From Rhizodiscina lignyota (Eukaryota), in NCBI GenBank assembly GCA_010015805.1, contig ML978125.1, positions 1,054,001 to 1,118,000 on the forward strand: 64,000 bases of DNA, in the 5' to 3' direction. Position numbers and translations under genes: made by a program. Position 1 is the first letter of the stretch; every line of letters begins with the position of its first letter. The notes beneath the pieces were generated by a model, which did no database searches, had not been told where the DNA came from, and was given only the letters and a program-made list of their open reading frames with translations. Shown here in pieces: positions 23,529 to 35,426 of the stretch.

Positions 23529-24242
23529 ATGCCATCTCAAGAGCATATCCTCGTCCTCGGCGCGACTGGAGTCAGTGGTCTCATTTTCGTCAAACAAGTT
23601 CAGAAACTGCCCGAATCTTCAAGACCAAGGCTCACGCTGTACGTCCGCAGTCGAGCAAAATTGACCGAAGGGATAAAGTTGGATTCTTCGATCCGCACCT
23701 ACGAAGGCGCCCTAGACAATGAGAAAGCGCTGAGCGACGCAATGTCTGACGGCGTGACGACTGTCGTCTCTTTCCTTGGGGCATATCCATCTCTCAAAAG
23801 CTTTCTTCTACGGAGCAAAACGCCGCTGCCAATCACTGACGCAATGCCCACTATATTCTCTGCAATGCGATCGAACAACGTCAAGCGGATCTTTGTACTC
23901 TCAACCCCTGGAGGCTACAGAACGAAGGACGAGCCGCCACTCACTTGGTACTGGTACATCTTCGCCTATGTCATGCCGAAGCTTTTCGTTCCACAAGGTG
24001 GTGCAGAGATGCAGAACATCGCGGAGGTTACAGCCAAGCAGGACGACTTGGATTGGACGATTTACCGCGTGCCGCATCTCAATGAAGACGACGAGAACCG
24101 CAAAGTGATTGCCGGCCCTCTCGATCATGAATATAAGGGTACGATAGAGCTCTCAAGAGGGAGTCTGGGGAAATGGATTCTAAAGGAGATCGAAGAGAGA
24201 CAGTGGATTAAAGGTGTAGCAATGGTCTCCAATCCGTCCTGA
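23529..24242 (+). CDS. NAD(P)-binding Rossmann-fold protein (flavin reductase/BLVRB-like), single exon
   Basis: ILVLGATGVSG nucleotide-binding motif, LTLYVRS, and LDWTIYRVPHL. Confidence 0.88.
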   Translation: MPSQEHILVLGATGVSGLIFVKQVQKLPESSRPRLTLYVRSRAKLTEGIKLDSSIRTYEGALDNEKALSDAMSDGVTTVVSFLGAYPSLKSFLLRSKTPLPITDAMPTIFSAMRSNNVKRIFVLSTPGGYRTKDEPPLTWYWYIFAYVMPKLFVPQGGAEMQNIAEVTAKQDDLDWTIYRVPHLNEDDENRKVIAGPLDHEYKGTIELSRGSLGKWILKEIEERQWIKGVAMVSNPS

Positions 24243-24801
24243 CTAAGATATCTTCAGCCACGATGATTGATGATTTGGAGGTATATTGATTACAGGGAAG
24301 CATGCCAAAACCACAAGTTGTATTATTGCATGATGGACTTTGGACATGCATTGTGTCGTGTCTTAATTGGATATAGTGAGCATGCTGCAACGTTTTTAGC
24401 GCCTATTGTGTTATTCGGTAGTCTTGATATATGGAGGCAACTACAAGAGTTAAACTACTTAGGTACTGTTTTAATTCTTCATCTTCGTGATCTCCTGCAA
24501 GTTTGTAGATTAGATTGCCAAGAATGGAGTTAGCCTCGCGGATTGGAGTCCCTTTTGGAACTAAAAACTGCCTCGAAGCGCCACCAAATATTTGATCACG
24601 AGATTCACGCGCGGTCAGGCTGCATTTCGGATTTTGCCTCAACATGCCCTCCAAAGCCCTATTTTAATTTCCTCTCAGAGTTGCTGTCTCTCAAATCTGC
24701 CTTACCGATGAAAACATCAAAATATCTCCCGTCCCTCGAGGATTGGAGGCACAAATCCACTGACGTACTATTGAGCTAAAGCTACCTTTACCAATTGCGC
24801 A

Positions 24802-25464
24802 ATGGATACTAGCATCTCGCCACAATCAAGTAACCCAGAAAATGAAGCCGACGAGAAGGGGGCGCTCGTACCAAACCGGTTCTTCTTCATCACACCACAC
24901 TGGGGCTGGACAAATAACATCACGGTCTCGGACCTGACTGACCACATGAGCGCAGAGTTTGGAACGGAGGAATTCACCAAGGAAGCCAAGGAGATTGTGA
25001 AGGCCTCCGCACCAGATCCATACCTCACTGCCTCAAAGTCGAAATGGTATTCGAGGCATCGCTCAATATGCTTGCCAGGACAAAGCGAGGATCCCATCGC
25101 GGAGTGGAAAGCGGGTATTCATTCCGGGAGCAAGTCGTTCATTTCATTCCCTCCCTCTTCGCCTGTCTCAAGCCATAACATCACATTGAAGGCGCTCCGA
25201 TTCTGCGGAAGAGACGAGGGGTTTGTTCTGGACAGCATTCCGTACGTCTGGAAAGTGAAGAACTGGACGAGCAAGAAGTTCAAGCTGTGCAAGAAACTGA
25301 GAGGGCAGGAGCAAGAGATTGGAAGATACTGGCCGTCTGTGACTTTCGCCAGTGGCGGCATTCTGGTTCTCGATACAGACGAAGTGAACGATGTGGTTGG
25401 CATTGTTACATGCTTGGTCATGCTGTGGAAGGCTAGGCAGCGACATGCGGAGAGACATGGATGA
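24802..25464 (+). CDS. Hypothetical protein (possibly tubby/LURP-one-like beta-rich fold), single exon
   Basis: 220-aa ATG ORF with FVLDSIPYVW and a terminal hydrophobic helix GGILVLDTDEVNDVVGIVTCLVML. Confidence 0.7.
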   Translation: MDTSISPQSSNPENEADEKGALVPNRFFFITPHWGWTNNITVSDLTDHMSAEFGTEEFTKEAKEIVKASAPDPYLTASKSKWYSRHRSICLPGQSEDPIAEWKAGIHSGSKSFISFPPSSPVSSHNITLKALRFCGRDEGFVLDSIPYVWKVKNWTSKKFKLCKKLRGQEQEIGRYWPSVTFASGGILVLDTDEVNDVVGIVTCLVMLWKARQRHAERHG

Positions 25465-25980
25465 ATTTACGAAAAGAACCCCCGGCGTTCTGGGTTGAAT
25501 TTAATACAGAATTACAGATCAGGAATCGGAAAACCATGTTCGACATCGATTCAATGCTCGACGATTGATAACGAAGTGTCTTATTTCGCGGCCATTCTGA
25601 AAGCGGAAGGAAGCCCGCAATTGCACTGTAACCAACAAATCAATGCAATTACCGTTGGAGCGTGCTCCATTGACGCTGTTGACTTTGCGAAAATCCAGAT
25701 ATCAAGCACTGCGCCAGCCCGTGAAGCTTTATACCCGACTGCCTTGTGTCTTATACGAGTAACGTATATGCATGCCCTTCTCAGAGCCACTCGACACGCA
25801 GACTATATATAGGGAGCCTCATGTGTGACAAACGCGTGGCCGCTAGGCAAGCTGTAAGGCCAAAGGGCGAGAAGCTCTTACACTTCAAAGCAAGCGAGAC
25901 TATCTCTGAATGTTAGCTCTACGTTCTTCGGGGTGTGTATAACAATAACATACTGTTGAAAATATTGTACTCTTTACTGG

Positions 25981-26603
25981 TTATAGAGGCTGCACATCGC
26001 AGCTGTCCGGTGCGTCATCCCGTGGATTGAACTGACTCCAAGGATTGTCTGCTTCAGATACCCAGCGAACCAAAGGGTAATCGATAGGAATGATCCCTTC
26101 AGGCATGGGCTTCCGCTTATTCTGGTTTCCTCCTCTTAGCGCACTCGACGAATTTGACCGTTTGGGGTTGTCATCATCTTCTAATTTGGGAGGGTCTGGC
26201 AGATGACTGCCGCTCTGACGAGTGTCTTGTTCTACGCTCTGGTCGTTGGCCTTCTGTTGAGTTCCGCAGCCCATCGTATTCAAGGACATAAACGCTTGCT
26301 TAAGGTGAGTTAGCGGTGTCTACGTCAATGACTGGAGCAAACACTCACAGATTCCGTTTTGCTTCCGACAGTGCTCTTGTTGGAGTCAATGAACAACAAT
26401 GCTGAGTCGCTTGACTTCTCTTCGGTGCTGGCTCTCATGATTTCCGAGGTGGTTAAGTCTTGCTTGAATGTATATTAGGACTGTCAACGTTGAGAGACAC
26501 GTTCAATACGTACAGACAAATTCTCTGCTCCAGCTGTTGTGTTCCGAGACGCCGACGAAGATGCCTGCTTGTTTATCTTACTCGACTCTGTGCCAGAGTC
26601 CAT
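25981..26603 (-). CDS. Small low-complexity hypothetical protein; exons 26603-26514, 26462-26349, 26298-25981
   Basis: Two phase-0 introns (GTACGT..CTAAT..AAG and GTGAGT..CTAAC..AAG) join three open frames into about 173 aa; no recognised domain. Confidence 0.5.
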
Positions 26604-28559
26604 TTTGGTCTTCTTTCGGCTTATATTTGTAGTAGTTGATCGGCTACGTTTCTTGGTGATAGGCCTAATCGGAAAAGTCCCATCGAGCGTTGATTGTGGA
26701 AATGTATGAGTGGAGGATAAGGAGGTCTATCATCTAATGACGGGAGAGCTCTCAACATTCCGCACGGAGTGTGAGTTGGTGAAATTGCGACCTCATCCAA
26801 CCTGAAACAACTGCAGGTGACAAAAGAACACGATTGTAGAAACGAGGAACACTCTGGCCAACCAAGAAATGTTGGGCAGTAGTAGAGAGAAATGCCATCG
26901 CCCCCAGGTTATACGCATCCTGGAGTCCTAGTATTCACCGCATGGCCGCCCGGTTACACGGACGGTTGAAACGATCACAGACGTGCTCGAGCACACCAGC
27001 ATCTCGAGCTTGGATTGTTTTCCTCAAGCCACCGCGATAAGCAACAGAGACGTCACGAAAGCACATCGGGGAGATCTGACAGAATAGAAGCAAGAGAACA
27101 GATGACAATCGCGTCCAACCTGGGTCTCGCTTCCCCCGGCGACGAGGGACAGCCTTTGGCGGCAAACCCGAACCTACGTCTGTATCCTCCGTCAGAAGAA
27201 ACGAAACTCTGGACAGGTGACGTCCCTGCGGTTGTGCTCCCGAAGACTCGGACTCCAGGATGAGTAACGATGCCCTAGTCTCTGGATGGGAGCGATCGTT
27301 GCCCCGATCCCTCTCCCTTGCCCTTCTCTGCATCTTCCAGAAGGCCAGCTCAGCCGGGGTCAGCGGGCCGTGTGTTTCAGCAGTCGCTAGAGTTCGTCAT
27401 TTAGCGAGTAATGGAGCGTCTTGGGGGATCCCGGGGAATACGGAGCTGCTACTATCATGGACAAAGTCCATCAAAGCCAAAGGGGCTGCCGAACAAACTG
27501 CTACCAGTCCGTGCCAGGAACCAGAACAAAGGAATGTGGTACGCCGTACACGAAAAGCTGTCAGATCCGTTTGTGTTAACAAGTTCCTACGCCAGGCCGA
27601 ATATGGTGCAGAGAGCTGGGCTGGGTTTCCGGTGAAAGGGCGGCTCTTCCAAATGCTTGCTTCATCTGGCGAGATGCCCATGACGCCCCGTCACGATTCT
27701 TGAGTTTGGTTGCCGCAGCAAGGTAGGAGAGCCCAGAGGGTAGCGTATATGCGATCTTCGAGGACGGTTGTTAGACGCGTCCCCATTCCAATTGCGACCC
27801 TGAACCAGCTGTGGTCGAGCAGCCACGGCGGTTGGACGATGGATGAAGGTCAACCGGTCAATTCGACTAAGCTCGATACGGCAGCATTCGAGAAGGGCGG
27901 GAGAAGGCTGCAGTAGCGCGTCGCAGCCCATCCCTGTCTCATCCTCGTCGATTTCGCACACCACTTGTCTTCCTTCATCCCATGCTCTTTGGCTCGTGCG
28001 AACTCGTCTTTGCTCAGCTTTACAAGGTTCACTCATGCTGTGCTCATCAGCGAATGTGAATAAGGCTGAGTAAACCGAGTTTCTACGGAGCAATGCTGAT
28101 GCCGACCTGGACTCATCAGAGAGAACAACAGATCTGGATCGCAATCATCGGCGTCGGGCCAGCTGTTCTCGTCGACAGCCTTGTTGGCCCGGAAGCCGGG
28201 GCAACCCTCTCAGATCTCGTATCCTGGAGGCTGGAAATGGCCCAGGGGGGCTGCACGGGCTGCCTGTTAGCATTGCGAATTTTCCAAAAGTTGGCGACTG
28301 CATGCGGGCGTGCATCACTAAGTTAGGGAAAGGCTGCCCACCCGGGGGCCTTCAATGGGAACTCGGGCTTCAGTTACGGAGTCCATTCAAAAATTCATGA
28401 TTGGCCAGAAAGTGCTCCCCGGCAAAGTGTCTGCTAGGATGAAGACCTCGAGGTCATTAACGATAGACCGATCTCTCCTTAGGTAGATTGCATATGCAAA
28501 CGGCTTAAGCTGCTTGAGCAGATTTTTATTCTATCATCTCAGATCAACACACACCGTCA

Positions 28560-29790
28560 TCAAGTCAAACGGAACTCCTCATTCATCGCAGGCCCCTCAT
28601 ATTGCGTGCCGCCCTTAATCCCACCTTCAGCCTTACTGATCCACCTAGTAAACAGCCCCTCCACTTCCGCGAGAACCACCTCCGCCGTCACAGTCGCTTC
28701 CAGAATCCCCTCTTTCCCCAAATCAACAGTGATATTAAAGCCCGTAGGATCGCCATCACCCGCATGCGGTGGAAACTCATCGTTGGCGCCGAACGGCACC
28801 ACTGTGTTGCTACCCTTCTCCGCTACGATGATGGCGCCATTGGCCGCAACGTAAGAGCTCACATGCTCAACGCCGGAGAGGTCGAAGACGTCGAACCACA
28901 CGAGCGTGTACGGGCCGAGTTGCGTCAAGCCCCAGTAGTATGAGGAGAATATGGAGAGGAACGGTGCTGGTGACCAATTCTGGTTGCTCTTGTCAGAATG
29001 TGGTCGATATCAAATATCCAATACTTCACTTACATGGTCTTGGTATCCAATGCCAGTGAACTCGACAGGAGTACCTTGAATGTTCACTTTCACATTCGCC
29101 GTCGCGCCTGGAACCGCATTTTCCCATCCGAGATTAGGTGCCACCTCGAGAGTTTGACCTGGCTCAACAGGTGAGAAAGGATAGTGTGGTGGCGCTATCT
29201 ATGCGGAGGTAGAGAGGTCAGTCTAAAGCCCACCTTAAGAGCAGTGTGAGTATGTGACTGACCGCCGTAATAGATATGGAGCCGGACACATCATCAGCAG
29301 TGTCTTGGATAGTTATTTTGCTGCCTTTCGAAGTGGACGAGAACGAATATCCAGTGCCTTTTCAATTACCCGTCAAGTCTCCCGTCGAGCTCGTAATCAC
29401 AGCCTCTGACGCAGCAAGTTCCGTTGAAAAGCTGGTTCCATTCGGAAACGTGATTTGTACAAGCACCGTATCAACGCTTCCGGAGTCTCCAACAAATTCG
29501 AAGCCGTCTTCCGTCGTAGTGAAGAATGTAACAGTAGCTGAAGCGTTGAGATCAGGTGAGACGGCAGCGAAGAACCAAAACTCCGGGGTGGTGTCGTTGA
29601 CTGCTGAGAGTTTGGGGAAGTTGATTGGCGTATTGTCAGAGACTGTCTGGACCGTCACTGGTCCAGTAACTGTCGTGGAAGGAATGATTCTAGTAGTAGA
29701 AGGTATAGAAGAGGCATTTACTCCACAAAAAATGGCAATGAGTACATGCGAGAGGAGGAAGAACGAGTAGTGAGGCTTTGAATGGGCCAT
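28560..29790 (-). pseudogene. Secreted Diels-Alderase/CrtC (hydroxyneurosporene synthase)-like protein with one in-frame TGA at 29364-29362; exons 29790-29263, 29198-29034, 28979-28560
   Basis: Signal peptide; PKLSAVNDTTPEFWFFAAVS, APPHYP, WENAVPGA, FTGIGYQDHNW and YYWGLTQLGPYTLVWFD match the family pattern; frame and introns are intact after the stop. Confidence 0.75.
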
Positions 29791-31060
29791 CTTGTATAGA
29801 ATAGAGAACGACAAGTTGATCAACACCAATGGCTAGGCATCAGACAGTTAAAGAGCGACGTACTATGGTACTAGCGGCATAAGAAAATGGATGTTAAATA
29901 TTTATATATCATACTGAAGACATGTTGCGCGGCTAGGTCATGGGGAGAAGCGTGCGACTCGCGAGAAGCTTCCTAAGGTCCTCGCGGCTTGTACTCCATA
30001 AGTGGGTTATTACTGGCCTGAACACTCGAAAAAGGGCGATTAATAATGTTAAGGGGAAAGATAGCCTAGTAAATAACCTTGAACTTACCATATCAACCCT
30101 GGTTTAAGTCCACTGTCCGGGTGGTTCTTTACGATCACGTAAGACGTCAGCGAGTCATTTACCATGGAAATTGGAGAAAACACCAGGTCATGGAGCAGTG
30201 AATTCGGGAGCTTCAGATCCTCTTTTCAGTATTAACCCAGATTGAGGACCAAATCCGTTCGCTGACACGATGATGTGCGAAGATTCCATGAATCCAATTG
30301 GCTTTCTATTGGCGTCGCGATTAGCCCGAACTCTTTTCAGGTTTTTGATTAGGCATATCTCAAATGTTTGGATAAAGGGATATATAGATAGCCTTCCGCA
30401 TTGAGACCGTCATGAAGCTTTGGAATTACTAGTTGAAAGGAAGGTCCGATGCTGGGCTAGGAAGTGATTTGGATGGGTCGAGCCTCTCACAGAACAATCG
30501 GATCCTTGATATATCCCGAAATGCTTCTCATTCGCCCTGTTGTCTTAAATCTCCAGTCTCTAACAGGCGAAACTCTTCGGAGAAGTGCCATTACAGTGGG
30601 GCATAGGCGGCGGCGTCGATGGGATGGCTGTGGTGACAGTTGTAGTAGACTGATTGTTGACATTGGGTACTGAGAAGAGAGAACCTTAGAACCGTGATAA
30701 GAGATGCTCTGCGGTATATACACAGTGCCTTTTCCGCAAGAGCGTGTGCAAATCAAACGCCAAATTGTTCCGGCAATTCTCCCTGCTATTGGAGACACCC
30801 AGAGCGCCGAGCTGAAACGTCAAAAGCCATTGGGAAATACTCTTGTCGGCATGAACAAGATGCTTCCACTGCCATTTCTTCTTGTCGCCTAAAACTCGAC
30901 TGCAAAATCAAAGAACTCCCTAGACAAAGCGACGGAATGGGTCGCGTGCACCGGAGATTCATGCCTTTTCTGTTGGTACGTCTTCATGAAACCGTCTTCT
31001 CGTACATAGGATCGGAGCGCATTGAAGGAGAGAAGGAGATGTTTCTCATCGTCCAGATCG

Positions 31061-31602
31061 TCAGTGTTGGGGTGGCTGGTAATTGATCGGTCGCCTAGCG
31101 TAAGCAGGTAAGGTTAGAGAAGTAACTGTTCTGCCTCTCATGTGCTCCAGATGACACTCACTTGAACAGCAGGATATGAGGTTCCGGCTCATGCACCTCA
31201 TAGTGCTCCCATCCCAGACTCTGCGTTATGCCCAGCGCGCGCCATTCCTCCTCCCACAGCAACTTTAGCGTTCCCCTCGAGCCGTCGAAGTACTCCTTGG
31301 GGATCGCCTTCAGCATCTGCTTGGGGAGTTGGACGTGACGGTACTCAAACTCGCTGTCGGAGTATCTGCGGGGTGATACGTTAGCCCTAATGTTGCATGG
31401 TGGTTTGTTGTCGTCAGATGTCGCGTGATGCGGTAGTGTACCAGGCTGCCAGGCAAATGTTGACCAGTATAGAGCAAGAATATACATACCGCGCAGAGTA
31501 ATGGATCGCGTCGATGAACTCCTCGAGCTTCTCTTTTTCCACATCGCTGAGCGGCCGAGGCTTCTTGTTGCGACGGGTGAAATCAATGTCCAAGTTCATC
31601 AT
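31061..31602 (-). CDS. CKS1: Cyclin-dependent kinase regulatory subunit Cks1; exons 31602-31490, 31365-31162, 31094-31061
   Basis: [21 protein letters not shown]...[33 protein letters not shown]. Confidence 0.97.
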
Positions 31603-32873
31603 GTTTGTTGCTGCGAGAGTTGATCTCGCGTACGGTCAGGGATACGGCGCGTTGCAGATCGTTTGCACGACGTCGGCGACGCTGGGAGACGAATGTGACG
31701 CGAAGAATGTTGTTGTTTGTCAAGGACTCGGCGGAAGGCTGAACGTTGGGGCAATGCAGGAGGTGGCTGGCGGGGTATTGTTGATGTGGAAGTGGGATGT
31801 TTGGGGAAGACGCGCTCGCGGCAGCGCCTAGTTTACACGTGAAGGAGGCACTAGTGCTAGCGCGAAAGCGATACAAATAGGCTCCCGTCGTCTTCTGCCC
31901 AGAGGCAATTGAGGACTTCAAGTCGAAAGGTAGGACAAACGTCGCGTGCGGATGACCTCAAAAAGTTTACAGGCTCGTATGCAGCATGCACGTGGAGATG
32001 TTTTTGAACAGTTCCTGACTCGGGAGCCGGACCGGACAAAGGTCCAAAGCCGTGCACACCGACGTCAGGTCGTCTCGCATTGACTGGCGATCGCCATCTT
32101 ATTTCTAGCCTGAAATTGAAGGCATTCGCTTCTGGACATTAATATTTGATGTCCGACATAGATAAGAAGGATTTATTATATCAATTTGGTGAAGTTAAGG
32201 GGGTGCCTATATCCACTCGAATGGTTCTTAAGCCATGCCGCTCCATTCTGACAACCACGCTTGAGAACAACTGATGTCAAGGCGAGGTCTCGATAGTGTA
32301 TGCAACCCCTGCAAGTTACATATACAACTAGTTAGTATTATGGCTCTTCACTGCAGATATTGGGAAGCTTGGACATTGTATAAGTCAACTCAAGTGCGCA
32401 ATGTATTCACAACTGTGAGCTAGGTAGGTAAAGAGTAGATACAGAGCAATTGCCGTTTATTGCAGCAAAAAGACTTGCAACAGACAAAAGAGAGAGCCCG
32501 ATCCATGTTGCCATTCTTTGGTAGTTTTGCATCTCATCGTTAAAAGAGTGTGTCGGGAGACCGAAGTACTCCCCTTCCTCTCGCCCATTCTTGTAAAACT
32601 CGCAGCTGCCGCCATCAAACTCCATTTTCCTTTATGGCGCCAGTATTCCATTCCACATGGGAAGGAAAATGCTAAATAGTAAATTAAGTATGCACAAGAA
32701 GTGAATAAAGGCATGATCGGAAATGATCAACACGTCGGAGATCGATGTACGCCGTCGTGTCTGCAAATGCACGACACCATTCAGATGAATCCCAGAAGAT
32801 GCAGAGACCTGTTGGTTCCGTGTAGACGTCTGAGACGCCGAAGGGAGCACAGCTCAACACTCGCACCCCACAG

Positions 32874-33749
32874 CTATATCCAAGTAGGAGTGACCGCGAT
32901 GGGGTGGTTGTTGCCAAATTCGAGGTACAATGGCTGAAGTTCGCTGAGGTAGTCATCCGCAGTCCACTTCAGGAGGCCCTTCTCTTTCATCAGAACGACA
33001 TCCTCGTTCATCTCGGCGTCTCGCATTGCACCACCAAACTCCTCAACAACCTCGGTCAACTTCTCCAGCTCCTTTCCGAACGGATGATCTGGCTCGACGA
33101 CGCCCTTGAAGAAGTCAATCGACGCCCTAGCCTGTTCACGGATGGAGCTTGAGCGATCAAGGCTGCCCATCGATGGTGAGCTGCTGTGGCTGCTCAGGGT
33201 GCTCATTGTCTGGACGGATCGTTTGCGTGCAAGTTGGAGGTGAGCCGATTTGCTGTGTGACAATGCCCGCTGCGGGATTGCCGGTGCGAGTGTGTCTGAG
33301 AGCGTCTTGCGGTGGAGCTGAGTCGTTGAAGCTGCGCGTCGAGGCTGCTTCTGTGCGTCATCCTGAGCAGCTCTGAAGTAGCAAGACAGATGGTTTTCTG
33401 GTGTAGTTGGCGATGAGTCGTCGACCGAAGAGGCATCAGTGAGCTCAGCAGAGCTCCTCGCAGGGCTGCTGCTGTCTGAATCGTTGCCTGAGCTGGACGA
33501 GATTGAGGAGGATGAGGATGCCTGGCGCATTTTCCGCAGAGCAGCAACATCCGGCGCGTTGTAAGACAGCATGTTCGTGGTCGAGATCAACTCGATAGGT
33601 CCAGATATCTTGTTCCGATCAATGACGCTTCCCATACGTCGGAGAGTATCAGCGCGGCCGAGATTCGCTGATGGAACATCGGGAGCAGGGGCGGACGGCG
33701 GCGTCTTCGTACGCTTGTGCCGAAGAGTGAATGCTCTTGCAATCGACAT
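32874..33749 (-). CDS. Conserved-looking Pezizomycotina hypothetical protein, Ser-rich, single exon
   Basis: ATG ORF MSIARAFT...ISGPIELISTTNMLSYNAPD...HPFGKELEKLTEVVEEFG...WI*. Confidence 0.8.
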   Translation of the reverse strand: MSIARAFTLRHKRTKTPPSAPAPDVPSANLGRADTLRRMGSVIDRNKISGPIELISTTNMLSYNAPDVAALRKMRQASSSSSISSSSGNDSDSSSPARSSAELTDASSVDDSSPTTPENHLSCYFRAAQDDAQKQPRRAASTTQLHRKTLSDTLAPAIPQRALSHSKSAHLQLARKRSVQTMSTLSSHSSSPSMGSLDRSSSIREQARASIDFFKGVVEPDHPFGKELEKLTEVVEEFGGAMRDAEMNEDVVLMKEKGLLKWTADDYLSELQPLYLEFGNNHPIAVTPTWI

Positions 33750-35426
33750 TGCGTTTCGGGTTCTGGCGATAATAGTTGAAGAGTCGGTGAGTAACGCTCG
33801 ATTCTTCGCAGCGGCTTTCGTGGGACAATTCGAACTAGTCACGAGCCTTGAGCGGGCACGGCAGCGGGTGGATTGTGTTGTGAGACCGATGTGATGTTCT
33901 CTCTGAGGGTTCACTCTATAAGTTTAGAACCTATAAAGTGGGCACTGAAGACGGCAAACGGTCGGTATGCTTGGCCGGTGGAGGTCGATCCAACAGCGGC
34001 GACTTTCGAGGTTCGTGATTGCTTCGCGGTACGCGTGAAGGCGGTGCTGTGTTATGCTGTGTGCAACGTTGGACGTGGCGCAGACGTGGTCAAGAATACG
34101 GTCGACGTGCGGCGGTGGAAGATAAGAAAGAAATTCCCGTTGGAGGGCGCTGACTTGCAGCGGCGTGATGTAGGTTGGCGCTTCGCGAAGGAAAGAGAGG
34201 GATTTGCACGGCAAAGTGAAAAGATCGCGGAAGCAAAAAGGTGTGTGAATGAAGGCAAGGGGACCAGCTGTCGTAAGGAGCGAACAACCAGGTCGCGACA
34301 GTTGTTTCGACAGATGCAAGTGTGCCGGACTGACCAAAGAAGGAACGGATGGGTGTGGGAGAGAAGTCAGAAGAAGCACGAAAGGGAGCGTGGAGGGAAG
34401 GCATCTGTTGAACGCATGCACGGGGCAGCTCGGCGTCAAGGCGCGCGAGAGGCAGTTTAGCCCGGCTAGCTCAGGTACGCGCAGCCCTCGCGCCCAATAG
34501 GTCGGCCAGAAATCATCCCCACCTCTAGTCGAAACGTACTAGCGGGGGTGTTTCTGGCCAGGCAGGTGCAGGACGGGGATGTTTAGTTTCGCGTTGACAG
34601 CCGAAATCGCGTGAAAACTCTTCTGGTCGACCGAAAGGCATCTGCACCGTCGCCGTCGGTTGGCTGGCATCGCTATCCATCCCGCCCTCACAAGACGGCA
34701 GATTGCTGCTGCTGACGCGGAATCCATATTACAATGCTATACCGTAATCCAGAATCCAAAGAAACACTCTTGCCGAATGACTGCTGCCTTGGAGGATGCG
34801 TTTCTCGTTGCACTGCGCATGATTGGCCCCGCGTTTCTGCAACTCGCATGCTGTCAAAACGAAAGGCGCTTAGGAAACGAAACCTCACGTTGCTTATGCA
34901 CGCCGAACGCTGCTCCTTCCTATCACGTCGCACTTGTGAACTTGGGTGTCGATTGGGTGTGCGGGCTCTCCCACCATACATTTGTCTTGCTTTTCGGGCT
35001 CTGGTGACGACCACGACTTGCATGCGTTGTCCGCGCGTAGCTGCCTTGGGTTTCTGTCACAAGCGAGCGATGCTAACTAATGGAAACGTTCCACTGCACT
35101 GCTGACAGACTCCGTGTGAAATAGCTCTCTGCAAAGTCATCTTTCACGGTCAGCTGCCTCTTTCTGGCCGCTTGTGTAGCTCATCCGTCCTTGTGTCGCC
35201 GAGGTGAAGCAGGGTACCATAACCATGTGCAACGACGCTCGCAACGCTTCCTGCATCCTGCTCCTTTGGACCCATCAGCATGCGAGGGAGCAGTACTACA
35301 AGACTACGCCTTACAGCTCGAGACGAATGACGTTCGATGTAAACTGTAGACTATCGACAAATCTGGAATGGTTGTCCAAGTTCGCAATGTGAGCTTTGCC
35401 TGGAGTGAGCCTGTCCCACAGACGGA

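Noticed and set aside
28030..28125. Two minus-strand CTGATGAG motifs as hammerhead cores or C boxes
   Set aside because: No stem II closed by GAAA, and no RTGATGA/CTGA pair with a terminal stem.
33873..35400. Overlapping ORFs upstream of the 33749 gene
   Set aside because: Pyrimidine-rich 5' leader/promoter sequence; ORFs lack recognisable protein features.
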